A stretch of 64,000 bases of DNA, from positions 20,990 through 84,989 of the forward strand of contig DATMMS010000005.1 in assembly GCA_035569605.1 (NCBI GenBank). The letters are read 5' to 3'. The stretch is from Candidatus Solibacter sp. (GTDB taxonomy: Bacteria; Chloroflexota; Dormibacteria; DASZGP01). Each line of letters opens with the position of its first letter. Positions within the stretch are counted from its first letter, which is position 1. The notes beneath the pieces are model-generated. The model did no database searches. It was not told the origin of the DNA and saw only the letters and a program-made list of their open reading frames with translations. A program made the position numbers and the translations under genes. This document shows, in pieces, positions 7,727 to 17,902 of this stretch.

Positions 7727-8692
7727 AAGCACGTCCCTGTACTTTTAGAAGAAGCAATATCGATCCTCCAGCCCACCCCGGGCGCCGTCTTTTTCGACGG
7801 CACATTCGGAGGCGGAGGGCACTCACGCGAGATCCTCAAGCGGATCTTGCCGGGCGGTGTCCTCCTGGCCATGGACCTCGATCCCGAGGCCCTTGGCCGC
7901 GCCGAGGCGCTGAAAGCCGAATTCGGCCACGCCTTTCACTTCGTGCCCGGGAACTTTGCGGATTCCAGCGACCCTATCGAGGCGCTGGGAATGGGGGAGG
8001 CGCCTCTGGATGGCGCCTTCCTCGACCTCGGACTCTCCTCCTTCCAGCTGGACGACCGCACTCGCGGCTTCAGCTTCAGCGGCGATGGTCCGCTGGACAT
8101 GCGAATGGACCCCGCCTCGAGGCTGACCGCCGCCGATGTCGTCAACAGCTATCCCGAGCGCCGGCTCAAGGACCTCATCCGCGAGCTCGGCGACGAGCCA
8201 TGGGCGGGCCCGATCTCAGCCGCGATCGTCCGTCGCCGGCGCCGAGCCAGGTTCACGACCACCAAAGAGCTGGCGCAGCTGATCGGCGGCGTGATCCCCC
8301 GCCGCCACTGGCCGCGACGAATCGACCCGGCGACCAAGACCTTCCAAGCGATTCGGATCGAGGTCAACGACGAGTTGGATTCACTACGAACTGGGCTGGA
8401 GCAGATCGTCAAGCGCCTGAAGCCAGGTGGCCGGTTAGGGGTCGTCGCCTTTCACTCCCTGGAGGACAAAGCAGTAAAGGACTTCCTCAACGTCGCAGCA
8501 AAGGATTGCATCTGTCCGCCCCACCAACCGGTGTGCACATGTGGGCCCCACCAGGCAAGCGTCATCATCCATCCCCCCCATCCCCAAAGGCCGGGCAAGG
8601 ACGAGGTCGAGGCTAACCCTCGATCTCGCTCCGCCCGGCTGAGGGGTGCCATCAAACTCCCCTACGAGTCACAGCCAACGAAGCAGAAATGA
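7727..8692 (+). CDS. rsmH: 16S rRNA m4C1402 methyltransferase RsmH (start codon undefined)
   Basis: KHVPVLLEEAISIL...FFDGTFGGGGHSREIL is the conserved RsmH N-terminus. The frame opens at the stop at 7664-7666, but no ATG/GTG/TTG occurs before the conserved motif; the first canonical start (TTG 7847) would delete the SAM-binding region. The start given here is approximate. Confidence 0.75.
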   Translation, partial: KHVPVLLEEAISILQPTPGAVFFDGTFGGGGHSREILKRILPGGVLLAMDLDPEALGRAEALKAEFGHAFHFVPGNFADSSDPIEALGMGEAPLDGAFLDLGLSSFQLDDRTRGFSFSGDGPLDMRMDPASRLTAADVVNSYPERRLKDLIRELGDEPWAGPISAAIVRRRRRARFTTTKELAQLIGGVIPRRHWPRRIDPATKTFQAIRIEVNDELDSLRTGLEQIVKRLKPGGRLGVVAFHSLEDKAVKDFLNVAAKDCICPPHQPVCTCGPHQASVIIHPPHPQRPGKDEVEANPRSRSARLRGAIKLPYESQPTKQK

Positions 8693-9192
8693 TCGCACTA
8701 AGAATGAATACCGCCCAGACCCGGAAGCTCGGCCAGTCAAGCACGGCCGGCGCCGGGAAGCCCTCGGCCAAAGCCGGCCTGGGGCGATCGTCGCGCGTCC
8801 GCCGCAACCGGCCGGCGACGTTTCGCTGGATCGTGCTCTGGATCGGTATGGTTTCTGTATTCGCGATCGCATATGTCGCCGAGACCGCCGCCGCCACCCA
8901 GGCCAGCTACCAGATCGCCAACCTCAAGCAGCAACAGGCCGACCTGATGGCGCAGCAGCAGCAGATCCGTTACCAGATCTCGATGGCCACGTCCGCCGGC
9001 CAGATCGACGGGGATGCCGCCAAGCTCGGTATGGTCCGCTCCAGCCAGTGGCAGTACCTGCCCGGTTCGACATCGCCGGTGGCGCTTGCCAGGCCAGAGA
9101 ACAACGGCAACAGCGGCGCCGGCCACTCCTGGCTGGACCAGCTTGCCCTGGCGCTCGGCCGTCCGACCGAGGCCCAGGCCAAGGGCAGATGA
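8689..9192 (+). CDS. ftsL: cell division protein FtsL-like (septum formation initiator)
   Basis: Basic N-terminus, a single TM helix (WIVLWIGMVSVFAIAYV), then a Q-rich coiled coil. It sits between rsmH and ftsI, and its start overlaps the rsmH stop (ATGA). Confidence 0.6.
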   Translation: MIALRMNTAQTRKLGQSSTAGAGKPSAKAGLGRSSRVRRNRPATFRWIVLWIGMVSVFAIAYVAETAAATQASYQIANLKQQQADLMAQQQQIRYQISMATSAGQIDGDAAKLGMVRSSQWQYLPGSTSPVALARPENNGNSGAGHSWLDQLALALGRPTEAQAKGR

Positions 9193-9290
9193 AGCCCATC
9201 AACGGACCGCCCGGCGGGGCGGCCGTCTGATCGCCTCGGGGATGGGGAAGATGAAGACGGATCGATCGCCAAAGGGAGGCGACTGAGCCG

Positions 9291-11012
9291 GTGAGCGAGA
9301 ACCGAGGCCGGTTGCGCGTGTTCTGGCTGATGGCGGTCGCTGGCGTCCTGGCCAGCGTCCTGATCGGAAAGCTCGTCTACTGGCAGCTGGTCGAGCACCA
9401 GAAGATCAGCCTCCTGGCCGCCCGGCAGCACCAGGTTACCTTCAAGCTGCCGGCGCAGCGGGGGCGGATTTTCGACCGCAACGGCCAGCTGCTGGCGAGC
9501 GACACACCGGTCGCCAACGTCGTCGCCGACCCCTCGCTGATCGTCCAGTCGGCCAGGCCCCACGTCGCCAGCGCTCTGTCGCCGCTGCTCGGTGTGAGCG
9601 CGCCGGACATACTCAAGCAGCTCTCGATGCCGCTCAAGTTCGAATATTTGAAGAAGAAGGTGGCCAAGGACACCGCCGACAGGATCGCCGCGCTGCACCT
9701 TCCCGGCATCGCCCTGGAGGACGACTCCAGGCGCAGCTACCTTGCCGATGCCGACCCCAACAACCCGGCCGTCTCCCAGTCGCTGGCGGGGAACCTGCTG
9801 GGCTTTGTCAACGACTCGGGAGGGGGCCAGTACGGACTGGAGCAGTACTACGACACCATGCTCAGGGGCCGCGACGGCTACGAGTCGACGCTGAAGACGG
9901 GGGCCAACGAGACCATCGTCCTCAGCGACGTGCAAAAGGTCCTGCCCAAGGACGGCACCAGCCTGCAGCTGGGGCTCGACAGCCAGGTCCAGTTCTTCGC
10001 CGAGAAGGCGCTGGCGGAGGGCGTCAAGAAGACGGGCGCCGAGTCGGGCTCCGTCATCATCATGGAGCCCAGCACCGGCAACATCGTGGCCTGGGCCGAT
10101 TACCCCACCTTCGACGCCAACAACTTCGGCGCCACCGATCCCAAGCTGTTCACCGACCCGATCGTGAGCGGGCTGTACGAACCGGGCTCGGTGATGAAGG
10201 TGGTCACCCTCTCTGGAGGCCTGGAGGATGGCGCGATTACGCCCGACTACACCTTTAACGAGACCGGCAGCGTCAGCGTCGGCGGTTACAGCATCCAGGA
10301 TTGGGACCACAAGGCCCACGGCACCATCAACATGACCAGGGTGCTGGCGCTGTCGCTCAACGCCGGCGCCGTCAAGGTCGAGCAGATGGAGGGCCCCGAC
10401 AACTTCTACAAGTTCCTGGACGCCTTCGGGATCGGCAAGCTCACCGGCATCGACCTCGCCGGTGAGGTCTCCCAGCCGCTCAAGCCGCTGCGCAGCTACT
10501 ACCCCTCGGAGCTGGCCACCACCGCCTTCGGCCAGGGCGTCGCGGTCACCCCCATCGAGATGATCTCGGCGATCAACACCGTCGCCAACGGCGGCCGCTT
10601 CGTCAGGCCGCGGGCGGTAGCCTCAGAGATACTGGCGGACGGCTCGCGCAAGGACCTTCCTGTCGACCTGGGATCTCCGGTCCTCGGCCCCACCGCCGAG
10701 AACGACATGCGGCAGATGATGATCAATGTCGTCGAGCACGGGTCGGGATGGACCGTCAAGATGGACGGCTGGCAGAACCAGATCGCCGGCAAGACCGGGA
10801 CCGCCAACATCCCCGAGGGCGGCAAGTACACCGACAAGGTCATCTCCAGCTTTGTCGGATTCATGCCCGCCAACAACCCCCGGTTCACGATGCTGGTGAT
10901 CATGCGCAAACCGCAGGGCGACAGCCTGGCCCAGGAGGGTACCTTCACCGCCGCGCCGGTATGGAAGAACATCGCCCAGCAGATCCTGGTGCAGTGGCAG
11001 GTGACACCGTAG
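9291..11012 (+). CDS. ftsI: peptidoglycan D,D-transpeptidase FtsI (class B PBP)
   Basis: GTG start with a GGGAGG Shine-Dalgarno. Has an N-terminal TM helix, a PBP dimerisation domain and the transpeptidase motifs SVMK (SxxK), SLN and KTGTA. Confidence 0.85.
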   Translation: MSENRGRLRVFWLMAVAGVLASVLIGKLVYWQLVEHQKISLLAARQHQVTFKLPAQRGRIFDRNGQLLASDTPVANVVADPSLIVQSARPHVASALSPLLGVSAPDILKQLSMPLKFEYLKKKVAKDTADRIAALHLPGIALEDDSRRSYLADADPNNPAVSQSLAGNLLGFVNDSGGGQYGLEQYYDTMLRGRDGYESTLKTGANETIVLSDVQKVLPKDGTSLQLGLDSQVQFFAEKALAEGVKKTGAESGSVIIMEPSTGNIVAWADYPTFDANNFGATDPKLFTDPIVSGLYEPGSVMKVVTLSGGLEDGAITPDYTFNETGSVSVGGYSIQDWDHKAHGTINMTRVLALSLNAGAVKVEQMEGPDNFYKFLDAFGIGKLTGIDLAGEVSQPLKPLRSYYPSELATTAFGQGVAVTPIEMISAINTVANGGRFVRPRAVASEILADGSRKDLPVDLGSPVLGPTAENDMRQMMINVVEHGSGWTVKMDGWQNQIAGKTGTANIPEGGKYTDKVISSFVGFMPANNPRFTMLVIMRKPQGDSLAQEGTFTAAPVWKNIAQQILVQWQVTP

Positions 11013-12385
11013 TGAGCTTCCGGCTGTTCGAAGTGGCCGAGGCAACCTCGGGGCGCCTGGTCGGAGCCGACCAGGACATCGAGCTGCAGAGGCTGGTGAT
11101 CGACTCCCGCGAGGCCGGCGCCGGCTCTCTCTTCGTGGCCCTGGTGGGGGAGAGCACCGACGGTCATCGCTATATCCCGGCGGCGGTCGCGGCGGGCACA
11201 TCGGCGGTGCTCTGCCGTCCCACCCCGGAGGCCCCGACGGTGCCGCGGGTGGAGGTCGAGGACACCCGCGAGGCGCTGGTCGGCTTCACCCGCCACCAGC
11301 TCGAGCGCCAGGGCTGCAAGGTGGTGGGTATCACCGGCAGCGTCGGCAAGACCAGCACCAAGGAGATCACCGCCGCCGTCCTGGGGCGTCGATTCGATGT
11401 CCTCAAGACCGAGGGCAACCTCAACACCTACACCGGCCTGCCCATGACCGTGGCCCGCCTGGAACCGCGCCACCAGGTCTTCGTCGCCGAGTACGCCATG
11501 TCCGCTGTCGGCGAGATCGCCTTCCTGGCGCGGATGGCGCCGCCGGACGTGGCGGTCGTCCTCAACGTGGGGCTGTCGCACGTCGGGCTGCTGGGCGACA
11601 TCGAAACCATCGCCCGCGCCAAGCGAGAGCTGGTCGAGGCGCTGCGGCCCGAGGGCATCGCGGTGCTGAACGCTGACGACCCTCGGGTCATAGAGATGGC
11701 CCTCGCCAGCGCCGGCCGGGTGGTGACATTCGGGCTGGCGAACGGCAGCCGGCAGGTGGACGTGCGAGCCGAGGAGATCTCCCACCGCGGGCTGGAGGGC
11801 ACCGACTTCACGCTGGCACTGCCCAGCGGCGAGCGGCTCCGGATCGAGCTGCCGATCCCCGGCACCCACGCCGTCAGCAACGCCCTCGCCGCGGCCGCGG
11901 TAGGCCATGTGATGGGAGTGGCGACGGCGGACATCGTCGCCGCGCTGGCTGCCGTCGCGCCCATTCGGGGCCGTGGCGTCCTGCGTCAGGGGAGGCTGGG
12001 TTCGACGATCATCGATGACGCCTACAACGCCAGCCCGGCCTCGATGGCGGCGGCGCTGGAGGTTCTCCTGGCGGAGACCGGGCGGCCGCGAATCGCCGTC
12101 CTGGGGGACATGCTGGAGCTGGGGGAGATGGCCCCGGAGGCCCACCAGAAGGTGGGCCGGCAGGCTGCCCGGAGTGACCTGCTGGTTGCCCTGGGAGACT
12201 ACGCCGGCGACATCGTCGAGGGCGCCACCGAGGCTGGACTGCGGGTCGATCGCGCGCTCGCGGTGGCCGATCCCGAGGCGGCGGTGACCGCTGTCGAGGC
12301 CCACCTCAAGGATGCAGTGGTCCTGGTCAAGGCCTCACGCGGGATGGCGCTGGAGCAGGTGGTCGAGCGGCTGGTGCAATCGTGA
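11012..12385 (+). CDS. murF: UDP-MurNAc-tripeptide--D-Ala-D-Ala ligase MurF
   Basis: GTG overlaps the ftsI stop. Has a [14 protein letters not shown]-loop, the MurF-type [12 protein letters not shown] motif and a C-terminal [11 protein letters not shown]. No murE precedes it. Confidence 0.85.
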   Translation: MSFRLFEVAEATSGRLVGADQDIELQRLVIDSREAGAGSLFVALVGESTDGHRYIPAAVAAGTSAVLCRPTPEAPTVPRVEVEDTREALVGFTRHQLERQGCKVVGITGSVGKTSTKEITAAVLGRRFDVLKTEGNLNTYTGLPMTVARLEPRHQVFVAEYAMSAVGEIAFLARMAPPDVAVVLNVGLSHVGLLGDIETIARAKRELVEALRPEGIAVLNADDPRVIEMALASAGRVVTFGLANGSRQVDVRAEEISHRGLEGTDFTLALPSGERLRIELPIPGTHAVSNALAAAAVGHVMGVATADIVAALAAVAPIRGRGVLRQGRLGSTIIDDAYNASPASMAAALEVLLAETGRPRIAVLGDMLELGEMAPEAHQKVGRQAARSDLLVALGDYAGDIVEGATEAGLRVDRALAVADPEAAVTAVEAHLKDAVVLVKASRGMALEQVVERLVQS

Positions 12386-13452
12386 TCGCCGGCCTGCTGG
12401 TTGCCCTTGTCTCGCCGGCACCGAGCCTCAAGGCGTCACCCCATGTGGTCGCGCCCGCGACCCACCACGTCTCGCTGTTTGACCACCTTCCCCAGCCGTG
12501 GCCGCCGGCTGTGGCGCTACTCCTACCGCTGCTGCTGGGCCTGGTGGTGACGCCTTGGGCGATCGGCTTCCTGGCCCGGCACGGGATGGGCCAGCGGATC
12601 CGCGAGGAGGGGCCGCAGTCGCACGCCGTCAAGGGCGGCACACCGACATCCGGCGGGTTGATCGTGATCGCCCTGGTCCTGGGCACGCTGCTGGTGGTCG
12701 ACCGCTCGCGGACGCTTCTGCCGGTGCTGGCCGCGCTGGCCCTGGGTGCCGCCCTGGGGCTGATCGACGACCTGGTCACGGTGCGTTCTCGCTCCTGGAC
12801 GCGCGGCCTGCTGGCGCGGCAGAAGATCGTGGTCCAGCTGGCGATCGGGCTGGCGATTGGCGTCTGGTTCTTCGCCCAGCACATGGACCACCAGGTGGTG
12901 CCACTGTTGGGGACATGGCGGATGGGGGTGCTGATCGTGCCGGTGGCGGCACTGGCGCTGGTGGCCGCATCCAACGCCTTCAACCTCACCGACGGCAGCG
13001 ATGGGTTGGCCCCCGGAGTGATCGTCCTGGTCGCGCTGGTGATGGCGCTGATGCTGCGACCGGGCGGCCACCAGGTCGCCCTGGTCCGCCTCTTGCTGGC
13101 GATGGTGGGAGCTGGACTGGCTTTTCTCGCCTACAACCTGCCTCCCGCCCGGGTCTTCCTGGGCGGTGTCGGCAGCGAGGGATTGGGCATGCTGATCGCC
13201 GCCGCCGCGATCGCCGGGGGCCTGGTCTGGTACCTGCCGCTACTGGCCCTGGTGCCGCTGCTGGAGACGCTGTCGGTCATCGTCCAGGTCTACAGCTTCA
13301 AGACCCGCGGCAAGCGCGTCTTTCGGATGTCGCCGCTGCACCATCACTTCGAGCTCGGCGGCTGGAGCGAGTGGCGGGTGGCGGGGTCGGCCTGGCTGGC
13401 CACCGGCATCGCCGGCACCCTGTCCCTGCTGCTGACGCGGAGGCCGGCGTGA
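12382..13452 (+). CDS. mraY: phospho-N-acetylmuramoyl-pentapeptide transferase MraY
   Basis: GTGA overlap with the murF stop. A 10-TM protein with conserved DDxxD-type (LIDDLVT) and [13 protein letters not shown] motifs. Confidence 0.85.
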   Translation: MIAGLLVALVSPAPSLKASPHVVAPATHHVSLFDHLPQPWPPAVALLLPLLLGLVVTPWAIGFLARHGMGQRIREEGPQSHAVKGGTPTSGGLIVIALVLGTLLVVDRSRTLLPVLAALALGAALGLIDDLVTVRSRSWTRGLLARQKIVVQLAIGLAIGVWFFAQHMDHQVVPLLGTWRMGVLIVPVAALALVAASNAFNLTDGSDGLAPGVIVLVALVMALMLRPGGHQVALVRLLLAMVGAGLAFLAYNLPPARVFLGGVGSEGLGMLIAAAAIAGGLVWYLPLLALVPLLETLSVIVQVYSFKTRGKRVFRMSPLHHHFELGGWSEWRVAGSAWLATGIAGTLSLLLTRRPA

Positions 13453-14639
13453 GGGCCCAGGCCACCACCATCGACAAGTGGCTGCTGGCGAGCGTGCTGG
13501 TGCTGTGCGCCTTCGGGCTGATCATGGTCTTCAGCAGCTCCGAGGTGGAGGGGTACGTCAATTACGGCAACTCCAGCTACTACTTCCAGCACCAGATCCT
13601 GTGGCTGCTGGTCGGCTGCGCCGGCGGGCTGCTGGCGCTGGGTTTCGACTATCACCGGCTCCGCTCCCTGGCCCCCGCCGCTGCCGCCGTCGTGCTGGCC
13701 CTGCTGGTGCTGGTGCTGGTTCCTCACCTCGGCGTGATGCGCAACGGCGCCCGTCGCTGGTTCGGCGTCGGCGCCTTCACCATCCAGCCCGCAGAGATCG
13801 CCAAGGTGGTGATGGTCGTGTACCTGGCCCGCTGGCTGGAGAAGAGCGGAGACCGGGTCCGGACCGTGCGCGAAGGCTTGGTGCCCTTCCTGGTGATCCT
13901 GGGGGGGATCGTCGGGCTGGTGCTGCTGGAGAAGGACCTGGGCACCGCCATGGTGCTGGCGATCATCGCCATCGCGATGTTCCTGGTCGCCGGCGCCCGC
14001 TGGTGGCAGGTGGTTGGCACCGTGGGGCTCTCCGCCGGCGCCATCGGCCTCCTGATCAGGCTCGAGCCCTACCGGTTCAGCCGCATGTCCGCCTTCCTCA
14101 ACCCCTGGGCCGACAGCCTCAACACCGGCTTCCAGTCGGTGCAGTCGGTGCTGGCGCTGGGCTCCGGCGGCCTCTTCGGCGTGGGGCTGGGCAACAGCAT
14201 CCAGAAGTACCAGTGGCTGCCTGAGGCTCACACCGATTTCATCTTCGCTATCATCGGCGAGGAGGTGGGGCTGATCGGCACCCTCTTCGTCCTCACCCTC
14301 TTCTGCCTCCTCGCGTACCGGGGATACCGGGCCGCGCTGCGGGCTCCAGACACCTTCGGACTGCTGCTTGCAACGGGAATTACGACCTGGCTGATCTTCC
14401 AGGCCTTCGTCAACATGGCGGCGGTCACGCTGACGCTTCCCACCACCGGGATCCCGCTGCCGTTCGTCAGCTTCGGAGGATCCTCGCTGTCGGTCTCGCT
14501 GACGGCGGTGGGCCTGCTCCTCAACATCTCAGCCCAGGGCGTCAAGCCCACCGTGGGTCGCCGTGCGGGTATTGATATCGGGCGGAGGCACCGGGGGGCA
14601 CATATTCCCGGCCCTCGCCGTAGCCCGAGCGCTGGCTGA
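13449..14639 (+). CDS. ftsW: SEDS peptidoglycan glycosyltransferase FtsW
   Basis: GTG overlaps the mraY stop. A multi-TM SEDS-family sequence (LLASVLVLCAFGLIMVFSSS..., PAEIAKV). Its basic C-terminal tail overlaps the murG start by 77 nt. Confidence 0.8.
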   Translation: MRAQATTIDKWLLASVLVLCAFGLIMVFSSSEVEGYVNYGNSSYYFQHQILWLLVGCAGGLLALGFDYHRLRSLAPAAAAVVLALLVLVLVPHLGVMRNGARRWFGVGAFTIQPAEIAKVVMVVYLARWLEKSGDRVRTVREGLVPFLVILGGIVGLVLLEKDLGTAMVLAIIAIAMFLVAGARWWQVVGTVGLSAGAIGLLIRLEPYRFSRMSAFLNPWADSLNTGFQSVQSVLALGSGGLFGVGLGNSIQKYQWLPEAHTDFIFAIIGEEVGLIGTLFVLTLFCLLAYRGYRAALRAPDTFGLLLATGITTWLIFQAFVNMAAVTLTLPTTGIPLPFVSFGGSSLSVSLTAVGLLLNISAQGVKPTVGRRAGIDIGRRHRGAHIPGPRRSPSAG

Positions 14640-15645
14640 GCTCGAGCCCACCGTCCAGCTCCTGTATGTCGGCCGGGAGGGCGGCATGGAGGAGAGGCTG
14701 GTGCCGGCGCAGGGCCTCGACCTGGAGACCCTGCGAATCCGCGGCGTCCAGCCCGAGCCCTGGCGCAACCTGCCTTTGGTTTACGGGCTGCCGGCGGCGG
14801 TGGCGGGGGCGATGCGTGTGGTCGGGCGCTTCCGGCCGGACGCCGTCTTTGGCACGGGCGGCTACGTCGTCGGGCCGGTTGGGATGGCGGCGTGGCTTCG
14901 TCGGGTGCCCCTGGTGCTCCAGCTCCCGGACGCCGTCCCCGGCCGCACCATCCGCGCCCTGGCGCCGCGCGCCCGGGCCGTCTGCGTCGCCTTCGAGTCG
15001 AGTGCGGAGCGGCTGTCAGGGCGCACCGTCGTCACCGGCACCCCGGTCCGGCCCGAGTTCGCGGCCGAGGGCCAGGCTCATCGCTCGCGACCGGGCGGCG
15101 GGGGAGGGTTCCGGCTGGCGGTCTTCGGCGGCAGCCAGGGTGCCCACCGCCTCAACACCGCGGTCGCCGAGGGCCTCAAAGCGCTCCTCGAAATGCCCGG
15201 GGTGACCGTCCACCATGTCTGTGGCGAGCCGGACCACGGCCAGCTGAGGGCGATGCGCTCCGGGCTCGACGAAGAGGTCAGGGAGCGGTATACGGTGGAG
15301 CCCTTCAGCGACGCCATGCCCGAACTACTGGCTTCGGCAGACCTTGTGGTTGCCCGTGCCGGCGGCAGCGCGATCGCGGAGATGACCGCCGTGGGGGTGC
15401 CCATGGTGCTGGTGCCCTATCCCTACGCCGGCGGGCACCAGCGGCTCAACGCCGAGCCGGTCGAGCGCGCCGGTGGCGCGGTGATCGTGCCCGACCAGGA
15501 GTTCAGCGGTGTGCGCCTGGTCGAGGTGGTGCGCCGGCTGGTATCGGATCCGTCGCGGCTGGCGTCGATGGCGGCGGCCAGCCTGGCCTACGGCCGGCCC
15601 GACGCAGCCGAGGCGGTGGCGCGGGTCATCCTGGAGGTGGCGTGA
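14563..15645 (+). CDS. murG: UDP-GlcNAc:lipid I GlcNAc transferase MurG
   Basis: Has the MRVLISGGGTGGHIFPALAVA N-terminus and C-terminal GT-B motifs. Confidence 0.85.
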   Translation: MRVLISGGGTGGHIFPALAVARALAELEPTVQLLYVGREGGMEERLVPAQGLDLETLRIRGVQPEPWRNLPLVYGLPAAVAGAMRVVGRFRPDAVFGTGGYVVGPVGMAAWLRRVPLVLQLPDAVPGRTIRALAPRARAVCVAFESSAERLSGRTVVTGTPVRPEFAAEGQAHRSRPGGGGGFRLAVFGGSQGAHRLNTAVAEGLKALLEMPGVTVHHVCGEPDHGQLRAMRSGLDEEVRERYTVEPFSDAMPELLASADLVVARAGGSAIAEMTAVGVPMVLVPYPYAGGHQRLNAEPVERAGGAVIVPDQEFSGVRLVEVVRRLVSDPSRLASMAAASLAYGRPDAAEAVARVILEVA

Positions 15646-16979
15646 TGAAGGTCCACCTGGTGGGCATCGGTGGGGCTGGAATGAGCGCCCTGGCCCATCT
15701 ATACCTGGAGCGCGGCGACGCCGTGAGCGGCTCCGATACGGCCGCCTCCGGGGTCACGGAGTTGCTTTCGAAGGCGGGGGCGCGGGTTGCGCTTGGCCAC
15801 GTCGAGGAGAACGTCGGGGACGCCCACCTGGTGGTCGTATCGACGGCTGCAGGCGACGACAACCCCGAGGTCCGGGCGGCGCGCAGGCGCGGTCTCCAGG
15901 TGGTGTCACGGGGTCGGGCCGCCGCCGAGCTGGCCGCCACCCGGCGTGAGGTGGCGGTCGCCGGCACCCACGGCAAGACCACCACCACGACGATGGTGGC
16001 GGCGGCGCTCGACCTCACCGACCCGATGGTGATCAGCGGCGGCCGCCTGCCGGGAAGCGACTACAACTCCAAGCCGGGAGCCGGGCCCTTCGCAGTAGTC
16101 GAGGCGGACGAGAGCGACGGCTCCTTCCTGGAGCTGACTCCCGAGGTAGGGGTGGTCACCAACATCGAGGCCGACCACCTGGATCGCTACCGCGATGTCG
16201 ACGCAATTCGCGACGCCTTCGAGAGGTTTGCCGCCCGGGTGACATCCACGCTGGTCGGCTGCGTCGACGACCCCGGGGCCGGCGCGCTGCTGGCCGCGAC
16301 AGCGGGGGCCACGGTTGGCTACGGCTTCGGTCCCGCCGAGGTGCGCGGCTCCGGGTACCACGTCCGCGAGCGGGGGAGCGCCTTCACCCTCGACTCACCC
16401 TGGGGCCACGCCCGCGTCGAGCTGACGATGACCGGCAGGCACAACGCTGCCAACGCGCTGGGGGCGCTGGCGGCGGGCCTGGTTCTGAATCGCCCCCTCG
16501 ACGAGCTGGTCCGGCAGCTGGCGACAGCGGAGCTGCCGGGACGGCGTCTGGAGCTGGTCGCCGAGGTCGGCGGCGGGCGCGTCTACGACGATTACGCGCA
16601 CCATCCGACCGAGGTCGCCGCGACCCTCAGCGCCGCGCGGGAGCTCTGCTCCGGGAAGCTGGTCTGCGTCTTCCAGCCGCATCGCTACAACCGCCTGCAC
16701 GCGATGATGGAGGACTTCGCGGCTTGCTTCGGCGCCGCCGACGAGGTGCTGCTGCTGCCGGTCTACCCTGCCGGAGAGCAACCTATCGAGGGCGCCACCA
16801 GCGCAGCCCTTGCCGCCGCCATCCACAGGCTCGACCCTGGCCGCAAGGTGGAGCTCCTCGCCGGCCTCGATGACCTGGCCCCGGCACTGCGCTCGCGGCT
16901 GGGTCCCGGCGACGTCGCCGTCTGCATGGGCGCCGGCGACATCTACCAGGCGACCAGGCGGCTGAGGCCGGCGGTATGA
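15645..16979 (+). CDS. murC: UDP-N-acetylmuramate--L-alanine ligase MurC
   Basis: ATGA overlap with the murG stop. N-terminus MKVHLVGIGGAGMSALA and a GTHGKTTTT P-loop. Confidence 0.85.
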   Translation: MKVHLVGIGGAGMSALAHLYLERGDAVSGSDTAASGVTELLSKAGARVALGHVEENVGDAHLVVVSTAAGDDNPEVRAARRRGLQVVSRGRAAAELAATRREVAVAGTHGKTTTTTMVAAALDLTDPMVISGGRLPGSDYNSKPGAGPFAVVEADESDGSFLELTPEVGVVTNIEADHLDRYRDVDAIRDAFERFAARVTSTLVGCVDDPGAGALLAATAGATVGYGFGPAEVRGSGYHVRERGSAFTLDSPWGHARVELTMTGRHNAANALGALAAGLVLNRPLDELVRQLATAELPGRRLELVAEVGGGRVYDDYAHHPTEVAATLSAARELCSGKLVCVFQPHRYNRLHAMMEDFAACFGAADEVLLLPVYPAGEQPIEGATSAALAAAIHRLDPGRKVELLAGLDDLAPALRSRLGPGDVAVCMGAGDIYQATRRLRPAV

Positions 16980-17902
16980 CGACGCGACCCGCGCTTGACT
17001 GGCTCGACGGCCTCTCCGGCGTGCGGGCGTCCGAGCCCTTGTCCAGGCACACCACCTACCGGATCGGCGGCCCTGCGGAGCGCTACCTCGAGGTGGCCGG
17101 CGCGGATCGCCTGGCGGAGGTACTGGCGGGATGCGATGCCCACGGTTTGCCGGTCCTGGCGATCGGTAACGGCAGCAACCTGCTGGTGGCCGACGCCGGG
17201 GTCGAGGGCCTGGTGGTGCGGCTCACCGACACCGCTGTGTCCGCCGAGGGCGGGCGTCTGCGGGCGGCCGGCGGCGCCCGGATGGTCAGAGTGGCGCAGG
17301 CTGCCCTGGCGGCGTCACTCGACGGGATGGAGTGGGCGTTGGGGATCCCCGGGACGGTCGGCGGCTCAACCTACAACAACGCCGGTTGTTTCGGCTCCGA
17401 CATGGCTGCCACCGTGGAGGCGGTCGAAGCCGTCGACGCCGCCGGGAGGCGATCCGTCCTGACCAACGCCGACTGCGCCTTCCGATACCGGGGCTCCGCC
17501 TTCCGGGACGGCCGCCTGGAGGGATCGCTGGTTACGGCGGTCCTCTTCCAGCTCCAACCGGGTGATCCAGCCAAGATCAAGCGGCGCATGGACGAGATCC
17601 AGGTCGAGCGCCGTCGGACGCAGCCAGTCAGTGGCCGGAGCACCGGCAGCGTCTTCAAGAACCCGCCGGGAGACTTTGCTGGGCGCCTCGTCGAAGCCGC
17701 CGGTCTCAAGGGCGAGCGGTCCGGGGCGGCCATGGTCAGCCGCGAGCACGCCAACTTCATCGTCAATACCGGCGGCGCCAGCGCGGCCGACGTCGCGGCA
17801 CTGGTGGCGCGGGTCCAGGCCGAGGTCCAGCGCCGGTTCGGAATCCGCCTGGAACCGGAGATGGAGAGCGTCGGCAGATGGCCCACCGGGGTTCCGCTGT
17901 GA
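16976..17902 (+). CDS. murB: UDP-N-acetylenolpyruvoylglucosamine reductase MurB
   Basis: ATGA overlap. Has an FAD-binding PCMH domain (TTYRIGGPAE, GNGSNLL) and the C-terminal MurB motifs. Confidence 0.8.
   Translation: MTTRPALDWLDGLSGVRASEPLSRHTTYRIGGPAERYLEVAGADRLAEVLAGCDAHGLPVLAIGNGSNLLVADAGVEGLVVRLTDTAVSAEGGRLRAAGGARMVRVAQAALAASLDGMEWALGIPGTVGGSTYNNAGCFGSDMAATVEAVEAVDAAGRRSVLTNADCAFRYRGSAFRDGRLEGSLVTAVLFQLQPGDPAKIKRRMDEIQVERRRTQPVSGRSTGSVFKNPPGDFAGRLVEAAGLKGERSGAAMVSREHANFIVNTGGASAADVAALVARVQAEVQRRFGIRLEPEMESVGRWPTGVPL

Noticed and set aside
12498-13448. N-terminal 317 codons of track ORF 12498-14639 (overlapping mraY in another frame).
   Set aside because: Only the part from GTG 13449 onward is FtsW. 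The upstream part is an alternate-frame read-through of mraY with junk composition.
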